Below are positions 1 to 11,100 of a stretch of DNA of 39,400 nt, piece by piece. The DNA is from Balamuthia mandrillaris (Eukaryota): the NCBI GenBank assembly GCA_031835245.2, contig JAVKOQ020000115.1, positions 124,001 through 163,400 on the forward strand, read 5' to 3'. The position numbers and the translations under genes were made by a program. Numbering within the stretch: the stretch's first letter is position 1; each line of letters starts with the position of its first letter. Below the pieces are notes generated by a model, which saw only the letters and a program-made list of their open reading frames with translations, did no database searches and had not been told where the DNA came from.

Positions 1-2
1 CA

Positions 3-104
3 GCAGAAGAACAACACATGATGCTTGTCGAGGAAACACAACAAGGGGGAGGAGGAGAAGATGAAGAAGACGGTTTAGGAGATGACGTTGGAGATGGCGA
101 TTGA
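3..104 (+). CDS. 3' end of an upstream gene (acidic/Gly-rich C-terminus), truncated by the window edge
   Basis: Open frame AEEQHMMLVEETQQGGGGEDEEDGLGDDVGDGD ends at TGA 102-104 and is followed by an AT-rich, 3'UTR-like tract. Confidence 0.5.
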   Translation, partial: AEEQHMMLVEETQQGGGGEDEEDGLGDDVGDGD

Positions 105-186
105 ACATATATAGCCACTATTTACATTTGTTTTTTTTTTACAAAAAATACAAAAAAACTGTGCGCAGAGTTACTAGCCGAACGAG

Positions 187-480
187 TTATCCCTGAAGGC
201 AGTGTTGTTTGCACTTTTGCTTGCACGTGTCCTTGCCCTCTTTGCGAAACAGTTGCCTGCAACTTTGCTTGCAGGTTTTGAAGCAGTACTGGTGGAGGGT
301 GTCCTCGTAGGCCGCCTGCAACGCCAACGAACACGACGTGGTCAGGCGGTAGCTGCACTCCTTGCGGTGGTCCTTGTGCGCTATCCTCTTGCACACCTTC
401 TCAGACCGCTTCCAACATTTACCGTAGAAGGGCGTGGCTGTTGCGCCGGCGTACCCAAAAGTTGCTCGTCTTGTTTCCAT
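187..480 (-). CDS. Small basic Cys-rich protein (~97 aa, 10 Cys), apparently intronless; function unknown
   Basis: Part of ORF 187..657. Likely start is METRR at 480, because the upstream part is A-tract/UTR-like. Regular Cys spacing Cx7Cx11Cx7C occurs twice. Composition is GC-richer than the flanks. Confidence 0.6.
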   Translation of the reverse strand: METRRATFGYAGATATPFYGKCWKRSEKVCKRIAHKDHRKECSYRLTTSCSLALQAAYEDTLHQYCFKTCKQSCRQLFRKEGKDTCKQKCKQHCLQG

Positions 481-716
481 GGTGTGCCGCAGGTGTGTCG
501 GTCCTGTCTTGCTTGTCTCTCTTTTGTGCGGGGCACTACAATTTTTTTCTATGGCACAAAAGGGCGTTGCTACACTTTTTTTTTTTGGTGGAGGGGTGGT
601 GACCTCGTAGGACATTTTAAGGTTTCGGGTTAATCTCGTAGGTGCGGTTATTTCCATATTTATACAAGCGTGAAATTAACATACGTCATCGTTAGGCTTG
701 TTAAGGACATGGCAGA

Positions 717-3700
717 TCAAAAGAGAGCACAAACGGAGGGTTGGCGAAATTTCTTCGCTTGCTCCAGGATGGCGATCATGTCGGAAGGTTCGCAAGCCTG
801 CTCCAAGAAAGGGTGCTATTGTTTGGGGATCAGTATGTATCAGCGAAACATTTTTTTTTTTCAAAAAAAAAATCAAGACATCGCGGGGAACAGAAGCATA
901 CCCCAAGCAACTGCTCTGCGGTGGGTCGTTTACGCTCATCCTTTGTTAGACAGAGAGACAAGAACGAAATAAAGGCAGGCGAGAAGTGCTGTACTGCCTC
1001 TGGTATAGGCACTCCTCGTGTGGCTATGTATAACAGAGCCTGAATAAATTCAGAGTTAATGTCACAAAAACTTTCGGATAAACAAGAAAGAAATAGAGCG
1101 AACGGAAGAAAGAACCTTTGGTGGTGGCATTTCACGGTAAGGTGGCTGACCCTGAGCCATCTCCAACAAAAGGACGCCCAACGACCAAATATCGATCGAT
1201 GGGCCATAGGCTTGCCTTCTTATCATTTCAGGTGCCTGCAAAAAAATAAAAATAAAATCAGTATTTGATAACACCACCGACTGGAGAAGACTGAAGTGAA
1301 ACATGATGGTTACCATCCAATAGGCAGTTCCAAGGATCGTTTGTCTATGTTGCATTTGTTCTGTCAATTGAGCCGCAAAACCAAAATCGGCTGTAAAAAG
1401 CAGAAAATAGATGAGAGCAATAGTAAATGTAAGTATATTGAAGGAATATGATAACTAGTTGGCAAGAAAATGTATCGTACTGAGTTTAATCTCGCCTGTG
1501 CTTGTGAGAAGGACATTTGCACTCTTGATATCTCTGTGTAAGCGGTGGCGTTCATGGATGTACCTCAGCCCTTTCAAGCACTGGAAACAAAGAGCGAGTA
1601 TTGACACGTTAAAGGCTGATTTTACATACACTAGTGGCATGTAGGTACCTCTCGCATTACAAATGCCATTTGGTTTTCATTTAGTTGGATGTCCTGTTGA
1701 AACAATTCTACAATCTCCAAGAGCGATCCACCATCACAATATTCCATTACAACCTTTTACAAAAAGCGAGAAAGTAAAAATGAGGAAGAAAGAACATGCG
1801 AATTGGAAGAAAGTGAAGGAGCGTACCCATATTTTATTTGGCTCCTCACCGTCTCGATAGCTATCAATAAAGCGTACGATGTTTGGGTTGTTGCAGCTTT
1901 TCATGATTCCAATCTCACTTATCAGGTGCTTCTCTTTATTTTTCCTGTTTATCCGGAGGATTTTTATCGCCACTTTTTCTCCTGTCCGTCTATTTGTAGC
2001 AAGAAAGACTTCTCCAAAACCACTGATGGAACAAAGACAACAAAACAAACTAAGATAAAAGGCACGAGTAAGACCTCAAAATGAACAAGAGTAGGGGAGT
2101 ACCCTTTGCCAATACTTCGAGAACAATTTGGATAATGGTCTGTTGGATCTTCTGGGTTCAACAACTCATCTAAAATTTGGTTAGCAACTTTCACCAACCT
2201 GAGAAGAGAGAAAAGCACAAAAGAGTGCGCACCTAAGGTGGTAGTGAGGATCTCAGAGGGTGGTAGCATTCTGGACTCAGGCCTGTCAACAGGGTCCCCA
2301 GCGTAGCTTACCCGCAGTCTGTTAGCGCCATTAGTTGGCTTTTTTCGAAGTGTAGAAGGTCTTCGCTTCCATTGTAGCTTTTGTCTTTCATCCCTTTCAT
2401 CCCCACAAGATGTTTGTTGAGTGGCAGTTGTCGTTTGTGAGCGTTGTTGTGGAGGGAATGTTTCTTGGTTTATTGCAACGTTCTCCTCAGTAGTTGAGGT
2501 GGCTTGTGGAAGGGAAGATGTAGAACAAGAAAGGCGCTGATTGGAGGAAGGAGACTGTTCATCATCAATGGGAAGAGAAGAGAATTCTTCTTGAGGTGAA
2601 AGAGGAACACTTTGAGACCGAAAGCGGGAAGGGTCTATTGCGCCTCGAATATTTGTGCCATTAGTGGTCGAGGGAGCTCCTTCTTGTTCAAGGCGAGGAG
2701 TTGTTGTATCGTGCTGTCAATAAGTGTTTGATGTATTTGGGTTAAGAAGGCAGCGGATGATTTTACGAGGAAGAGACATTACCGCATGAATAAGTGCTTG
2801 CGTTCGGGAAGGAAAGTTACCCGCCATTATCTGGCCTGTGAAGCTTTCTGAAAAGTCCAACACATCTAGGACGTCTTGTGGGTTTTGGGAGATTTCTTCT
2901 TTGGAAATACCGCTTTCTTGCAATATTTCCTTCCATGCCTCTGGTAGTCCCTTTATAACGCACATAAAACAACAGGCATGGTGAGAGATAAGGAGAAAGA
3001 GAGCATGGAACAGCGAAAGAGAACAGAGAAGAGTAGGATATTTCACCTTAAAGCAACCTTTATCGGAGTCATAGCTAATGTGGGTTTTGTGTTTAATGTC
3101 ATAGGGCATGCCTACATCATAAGCATCGAGAGGAAAGAGATGCTCTCCTATCAATATGGAGTTTAAAGCGTCCTCAACAAGAGGATTGTCCTCCACGCGG
3201 CTGGCTTGTTTGAGAGCGTCGTACCAAGCTTTGTATTCGATAGCATCGAATGCTTCCAGGTAAAAGATCTTATTGTCTGTGGTGCTCATCAGCCCAAAGC
3301 GAAGAGGTTTTACAATGCTGGGTGGTACTGTCTTGCTGAGCTTTGCTCCTCTAAGACGGATCACTCCTTTGGGTGCTGCATCCTATTTTTCACGCTGGTG
3401 AGTTACAAAGACAACAAAGACGAGAAGAGGAAAACAAAGAAGAGAAGATCAAAATTAAAAAAAAAGAGGATGGAGCAAAGAAAAAGCAAAGAACAGAGGG
3501 CATGGAGACGTTACTGCAGTGGACTTGAAGTAATAAAGCACATTTCCTTTGAGCACGAAGTAGCGGACTTTCCAGTTCTTCATGATGTGGCCTAAACAAG
3601 TCTCAAAGGTGTTGGTAGAGATGCAAAACCGTGCAAAAAACAAAGGAAGGAAAAAAAAAGGAAGTACCTTGTTTGCTAAGAAAACCTTTCTTCTCCGGTT

Positions 3701-3826
3701 CTTGCTGCCATGGGTATTTTGTGAGGGCTCTTGGTCTGAAGGTAGGGTGCTGTTCTGCTTCGTCCTGCAGGTTTAGTTGCTTTTGGTGAGCGAGAAAGAG
3801 AAGAGCAAGCTTCCGCGAGAGGGAAA

Positions 3827-3861
<35 letters not shown>

Positions 3862-3872
3862 GTTCCAACCAT
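717..3872 (-). CDS. p21-activated (PAK/STE20, Cla4/PakC-like) Ser/Thr kinase with PH, CRIB/PBD and kinase domains; multi-exon
   Basis: Spliced motifs: [56 protein letters not shown]; kinase [52 protein letters not shown]. Stop TGA at 717-719. Start uncertain (ATG at 3872 followed directly by a GT donor, or ATG at 3984). Confidence 0.92.
3830..3860. repeat. (GA/TC)n microsatellite in the first PAK intron
   Basis: Direct reading of the gagagaga run. Confidence 0.9.
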
Positions 3873-4197
3873 GGTCAGTCTCAAACAGGCGGTTCCGATA
3901 ATCCGTGTTGGACGAACGAGACAGCAAGACCGCGTGTCCTTGTTGTTGCTTAATTTTTTTTGTTTCTGCGTGCTCTATTACCATGTCGTCCTGAATATCA
4001 CATTGCGTTCATAGTCAGAGCCTGCCGAGGAGAGCTTCTTGTTTTTCACTCACGCAAAAAACAGCATCATCGCAAAGAAGAGATGCAAAGGAAACACGAA
4101 CGTTTATTCTTGCGGCAACAGAGGTCGGGCTTGTTGTTATTCGCAAAGAAACGAAAAATAAGAGAGAGGAAAATAAAAACAACATGGTGTTTTTATT

Positions 4198-4907
4198 TTA
4201 TCGCATTTCTATGTTGCGGAGTTGCTTCTTGCTCATGCGCTTCAGTTTGGCCGTGTTGCGGATCTAAAGTTCCCCGAGTCAACAAAAAGAACAACAAGAG
4301 CGAGAGAGACATAGAGAGAGAAAGAGGAGAGAAACGTACCACTTGGACTTGTGATGACTTCCTCTCGTTTTCTAATTTTTGTTTTTTCTTTTGTATTGCC
4401 CGTTGTCTTTCAGCCTGGTGGGTGTAAGGGATGAGAGTTGAGTGCGGTCCTGGGAAGTTAAAAAAATAACCACCATCAAAAAGAAAATAGGTACCTTCTT
4501 CTTTTCTTCAAGTTCTTGCAACAACCTAAGTTCCCGCTCTTTTCTTTCTTTCTGTTCCTGCCTCTTCTGTTGTTTCTCCTCCCAGGTGGTCTTTAGCGTC
4601 GGAGGCAACGCTCTCAGAGAGGCTCTTACAAAAACACAACATCAGCTGCGATTGACCCAAAAATGAGGAAGAGAAGAAGAACAAGAAGAGCAAAATCAAA
4701 CCGTTGAACTTTGTTGTGGCGTAGTTTCCACACGCGCCCAGAAGCCGGCTTGCCAATCTTGGCTCTCTGCAATGCAATGTCTTGAACTTTGGGCTTTGTT
4801 GTGGCCGTTTGCTCCTTGGCGGAAGCGTTCTCAGCAGAGGAGGCATCCCCTGCTGAGGCAACAGGTTGTTTGTCCGAAGAAGCCGCCACCGCTTTCGCCT
4901 TTCCCAT
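4198..4907 (-). CDS. CCDC86: CCDC86/Cgr1-family nucleolar rRNA-processing protein, 4 exons
   Basis: GKPASGRVWK, TTWEEKQQKRQE, LENERKSSQVQV|IRNTAKLKRMSKKQLRNIEMR* match the Cgr1/CCDC86 consensus; GT-AG introns join in frame. Confidence 0.9.
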
Positions 4908-5163
4908 CTCTTTCTTTTTTTTTTGTTTAAAGAAAAGCTCCAACTGAAATTTCGTTCCTCAATTTTTCTTCGATCAAGATAACAGACAGATCTGGAAGCA
5001 ACAAACTCCGAAAAATTTTCTTATAATTTTTTAGAATGCTTCGAAGAAGACTTTCACGAATTCAAAAAAAAAATAAAGGGCAACAAACAGCAATCATAGG
5101 GGGGCTGCATTTTGCATTAGGGAGCGGCAACAGAACACACACACTGTGTGCAACAAAGGGACA
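4908..5163. promoter_or_regulatory. Probable bidirectional promoter (CCDC86 / large repeat protein)
   Basis: 256 bp AT-rich gap between divergent ATGs at 4907(-) and 5164(+); contains GAAAAATTTT at 5010-5019. Confidence 0.5.
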
Positions 5164-8100
5164 ATGGCGGATAAGCTACCCACGAAAGACAAGGAAAAGG
5201 AGACCGAGCAAAACGACGGTCAAGATCAACCAGCAAAGAAGCCGAGGCTAGGTGTGTAATTGAAAAAAAAAAACAACTGTGCAAAAAAAAAAAAAAAAGA
5301 CGGTAGTGATGTAGTAATCCATTCTCTTTTTTCTGCAGAGTTGCCTCTTAGCTTGAAGGACAATGGCAAACCGTCTACCGATGGAGAGGAAGGTGGTTCC
5401 AGTTCTGCCGTTCCGGCAACACCAGAGCTTCCCTTCAAGTCTCCAAAAGAAGAAGGTTTCTCTCTCATCAAACCATTTTTTTTTGTTCTCTCTTGATTTT
5501 AGTTTGTTTTCTCACAATTTTTTTTTCCACAACCTAAGTGCTGGATGATAAGTTGGCTGTACTTAGTCATGAACAACTTGAGCTGCTCGTAACGCGACTG
5601 GCGAGAGCCGACCCTGCTCTAGAAGAAAAGATCCTTCGCGGCATTGAACGCATCGAACACTCTATGAGCAATTTCTCACCACGCCGCACGGAGGTGACCC
5701 CCGCCGCCATGCGCGCCTTTTCTCCCCGCATGATGATGATGCAGTCCCCAATGGGCATGATGCCGATGGGTATGGGTATGGGTATGGGCATGGCTTCCAT
5801 GGGCATGCACGGTGGTGAGTACGAAGACTTTGGACAAAATGTGGATACTAAGTCGATAAGAAGAAAGATTCGTGCCGCCTTCCAGAAGGTAACGTCTTTT
5901 TACGCCGACTTTTTTTTTGTTCTTTTTTGAGAGTTTGGCCAGCTAACCAACTTTACACGACCCACTCCAGATCAAAGAACCGGGAGATAAGAAACGACGC
6001 AGAGGAGAGGATAAACCAACCAGGTATAGACTGCAAGGCGAATTGATCCGTTCCGAAATGAAGAAAGCCAAAGATTGGATTCTTGTCAAAGGTAATAACA
6101 ACAATGGCCTTGAGGCGATGGAAGCAATCACGGAGGAGTATGTTACCGTTGGCTCTGAAGTAGGCGAGCAAAATGTGGAAGGCTACGATGACCTTTTGCA
6201 AGAATTGGCTCAAGATTGGGTGGAAGTGTTCTTGTCTGAATCTACCAATGAACTTGGTGAGGAGCGCAGGGCTTGGGCAGATAAGCTGTTCGTCTGGGAC
6301 AAATCTGCGGATGAGGAAGAAGGTACCTTCTCTGCTGCTAGGGCGGCTGCTAAGCTTGGCTGGAGCGACACGCACTTGCAACAAGTACTGGCCGGAGACC
6401 ACATTGGCAAGTATACGGAACCTCAAGCCCTTTCCATCGCCCGCTGTAATATCTTGGAAAGAGAGAAAAAGTTCGAACAAGCTCTCAACCTGGCTAAAGC
6501 TGTGGATTTGGATCACTACACCGCTCGATTCCTCATCAAGTTGGGTCGTATGGACGAAGCCATTGAGACTGCTCGCAACCTTAGCGATCCTTTCAAGGTT
6601 TTCAGCATTGCTCAAGTGGCTCGTGCTTTGGATGTCAAAGTAGCCTTTTCCTTGGCTATCTACAGTATTGCTTTGCCTCACGCCTGGAACCAACAAAATT
6701 TGGAAAGGGCTCTTTGGCTCTGCGACTTGGCTGTTTCTAATAAGATGATGGACGAGTTGGTCACTCAAGTAGAAAAACACATTCCTCACAAAGGTATTCA
6801 ATTCGAGATCGCTAAGATTCTTAAGGATAAAGAAGCCTTTGAGACCGCTTTGAAGATGGGTGCCATTGCAATGCGACCGCTCCCGGAAAAACCGGTATGT
6901 TTGTCCTCCTCCTCCTCTTTCCCCGCCCGTTTTGAATGGTTAATAATTTTTTTCTTATTCATTCTCAGAAGGAGGAAGAGAAGGATAAACCTGCGGAGCA
7001 ACAACAACAAGGAGGATCCTCTGCTTCTGCTATGGCACCTGCTCCTACGCTACAACAAATTCTTCAGGGACAGGAAATCGATCCTGGATCAATTATTCCT
7101 GTTGAAGTGCCGAAATGGTTATGGGAACTTTCCTTCGATATGATAGTTCTTGAGAAGGGTACTCGTGCTAAGATGGAAGAAGTCCTTCAGGTAAGCTCTC
7201 TTCCCTTTTCCTGCTTTTGTGTTCGTCTGAATAATACTAATAATCATCCTTGGTTTCTAGGATATTTTGAGTGTTGTCAAGAATGTTGAGCAACTGATTT
7301 CCTTGGCGAAAGAAATGTCCTTGAAGAAGGAATACGATCTTATTCTCACTGTTGGCAAGAAATGCATCGAGCTGGTCAACGCCGAGCTGCAAGCTGATAT
7401 TGAGGACCAGATCAAGGTGCTCACAGAGCAAAATGAAATTCAACAAGCTCAAAAGAAGGGAGTCAAGAATGCAGTTTTGTTGCAAAAACTCAACACCCAA
7501 CGCGTAATTGGCTACAACCAAAACTTTGATAACCAAAAGCAAAGGTATAAACTTGCTTGCTTTTCCACTTCTTGTTCTTGTTCTTGTTCTTCTTCTTCTT
7601 CTTCTTCTTCTTCTTCTTCTTCTTCTTCTTCTAAACAAACAACGCATTAAACCTTCATCTTCTTCATTGCTACTGCATGTATAATAGGGTTGCCTATATG
7701 ATGCTTCAAGCTTGCCTTGATTCCAAAATACCTCCTGATCCTTTGCAAATGAACTTGGTGGAGACCAACACTATCATTCGCAAGTTCTCTCCAATTGCTG
7801 ATGAAGAAATCAAGCAAATCCTTGAGGAATTGTGTCAAAAGGACAATATCAAGGATCCTAACCACTTGACCCAATTGGCTAATATTCTAAGGACCAGAAA
7901 GGAATACCTTATGGTCTTGGACATAGGCAAGAAGGTCCAGCAACGCCTCCAGGAACTCAACGAGGAACGCATTGAACGAGAAACCTGGCAACAACGTTTG
8001 CAACAGCTCCAATCCGAGCAAATGGAGTTGCTTAACAAGAAGAAGTCTCTTGATGGGGTTAAGCTTGACGAACTCAACGAGTTGCTGTGGAAGGCGCAAG

Positions 8101-11100
8101 TTCAGAGAATTGTTCCCTACTACACTCAGTACTCTGAAGCACAACTGGACACTCTCCACTACAACATTATTGAGTACGATATTCGTCTTCTTCGTTCTTG
8201 CTTCATTTTTTTTTGTTCTGTGCGTCACTGAATGTTGTTATTAATATTCTATTTTGGTTCCTAAAAACATAGAATGATGATGCGCACTGTATTGGATACA
8301 ACTGCTCCTGAAGAGCCCCAGCCTGGTCAGCAACAGCAACAAGACATGGAGGAGGAAAAGGAACCCTTGTTGACCAACGAGCAAATCAATGACTTCATCA
8401 CTAATCAATGTCTTGATTCGCCCTTCGTTCCCTCTCCTTCCAATCGTATCACCCTTTTGCGCACGTTGAGGGAATATGGCCGTAAAGTTGAATACCCAGA
8501 CATCATTCAACTGGTCAATACTTGCGGTGCTAAGATCTTGGTTGGTATCGAGAAACTCCGCCAACATCAAAAAGAACGAGAGCGGGTCTATCAACCCCTG
8601 CAGATGCTGCGACAGGAGCTGGAACAACTCGTATTGCAAGCTTCCTCCAAGAAGAGCAAAAAAGGCAAAGAAGACGACTCTGCTCCTCTTCTTCCTCCTG
8701 AAAAACAAGAGCGCTTGCAAACGTTGGAGAATGAGTTGGAAGCTCTGCCTCCCATGCCCTACTACGACCCCAATTCGCAGGATCAATATGATAACCTTGT
8801 CAACCAAACCCTACAACAAATGCTCTCCATCGCCTTGGATTCCTATGTCATTGCTCAACAGCAACAACAACAGGCCATGGTAGCTGCTCAAAGCCTTGGT
8901 GTCATGGCATTGACTCAGTTGGAGCAAGAGAAGAAAAAGCCCATCGAAAAGGAATTTGTTGGTACGTTGGATCTCTCTCTCTCTCTCTCTCTGTCGTTCG
9001 ATCATTAGCTAATTTAAAATTTGATATAACAGAAAAATTGGTTCTTGATACGATTGTTGCCAATTGCAAGAGCCCTGATAACTTGCTTTCTATTGCCTCG
9101 ACTTTATCTACCTACGCAAGGACTGCTTCCTTGGACTTTGCCTATAAGTTGGTTGTACAATTAGGAGACATTTGCTTCAAAACCTTGAACGAATTGGTTC
9201 GCCTTCTCACTCTTTTTTACATCTTTGCAGCACTTGTTCTTATTTTCTCATCTTACTAACCTGTTTGCTCCTTCGCACTTCCTGCACACATAGGACACAA
9301 ATCGAGCTTCTCGCTTCCCAGCATACCATGAGCTTACTAGGTTGCGCCAGGAAAAGGCTGAGTTGGAATCCAAGAATAAGACTATCTCTGAAGCACAACA
9401 AGCTCGACTGGAGGAATTGGAACTTGAAGAGAGAATAGCGAAAATTATTAACCCCAAGTTCGTGTTTTTGACTGCCAACAAGACAAACGAAATGCGTCTC
9501 AAGGTTGCACGAGCCATGCACAATGCCGCGTTGGATGCTAAGCAAATGTTCGAGCAGAAGATCAAGAAGCAGGAAGAAGAGGCCGAAAGTCAAAGTCAAA
9601 GTCAGATGGACGTTGAAGGCGAAGGTTTTTTTTTCTTTTCAAAATCCGCTGCCTTTCCTGCTTTTTTCCTCATAATCCTTGTATGTTGTTTCCTCTATGG
9701 CTTTAGAAGAGCGGTTGAGCGAGGAAGATATCGTTGAAGGCAGACAAAGGTTAGATAAACAAATTAGACACGTCATTGATACCGAGCTTCAACACCTTAA
9801 AGATCCCAATCACTGCATTTCTGTGGCTAAGGTTTGTTTTTGCCGCTCCCATGTTCTCTCTCTCTCTCTCTAATTCGTGCAAACAAACATTCTTATCTCT
9901 TCTTCTTTAGGACTACAATGCTCGTGGTGAATGTGATGTTGTATTGGAATTTGTACGACGATGCCAAGCTACTGTCCAAGAGTTGGATGCCCAAAGAATT
10001 GAACGTGAGACTTGGCAGACTGAACTCCACGCACTTATTAACGAGCAAAGCGAACTTCAAGCTAAACGACAAGAGCTGGTTTGTTTCTTCTCTCTCCCTC
10101 TCTCTTGTGTGACAACAACATACTGAATATAAAGCATGCAGGATGATAAGCAGTTGGAGCAACTTGCTGCCTTGCAATACAAGCAAGCCGAACTGAAGCT
10201 GTATCCCAGTTTCCATCAACTTGATCTGCGAAAATTGGATACCATCTCTTTCAATGCTGCCCAAGAAGCTGTCACAGCTGTGTTAAACGCTCGCAATCGC
10301 TTGGAGGCTCTAATCAATCAAGACGAGGAAATTACAACGGTATACACATTTAAATTGAAATTTTTTTTTTCACTAGGTCCAAAAACAATATTAAAATGCC
10401 AAGTACTTACTCTATTTTCTTTCTTCAATAACACAGGAGGAAGCCGATAACCAACGTGAAGGCCTCAAAGAAAAATTAGACCTGGTGATGAATGAATTTG
10501 TATTCCCTATCGTGAAGGATCCATCCAACCTCTTCTCCATTGCCAACGACCTCAAGCGACACGGTGAGCATGCACGCGTCCCCGAGCTTGCCAGGCAGTG
10601 TGTGGATCGCATCAACCAACTTGAAGAGGTTTTGAAGATACGAGAGGAACCTCGACAATGGATTAGTGTGCTGACTGACGAACAGGCTACCCTTGCTGTC
10701 AGCAAGAAATCTCTGGACGCCAAAATGGAAAAGAAACTTGCTGAGTCCCAGCAAGAGGTCGATTCCTTTGAGGCGCTTCCTCATTACGCTACCAACAGCA
10801 TGAATAGCTTTGAGAACAGCAAACACAGAATGGTTTGTTTTGTTTTTTGTTTTTGTTGTTGTTTTTTTTTAAATCTATTGTTTGAGTGGGGACGGAAATA
10901 ATAGATGTTAACCATGTTGTTTTACAGGTGAGACTGAACCTAGAAACTGCTTTAGAAGCTCTGTCCCAAGCCAATACCAAGATAAGTGACATGGAAAGCC
11001 AGGATGAGGAGCTGCTCCAAAGCTATGAGGCAGAGAGGGAGGAAAAAGAAAAGCAACTGCAAGCCGCTTTTGACTTTTGCCTCACCAACGTGGAATCACC

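Noticed and set aside
202..633. 143 aa + strand ORF with a hydrophobic N-terminus
   Set aside because: It is the antisense shadow of the Cys-patterned - strand ORF, starts at a non-ATG codon and runs through a poly-T tract
2717..2719. Apparent in-frame TGA in the PAK linker (possible Sec or readthrough)
   Set aside because: It lies inside a GT-AG intron that ends at 2714; the spliced frame is open
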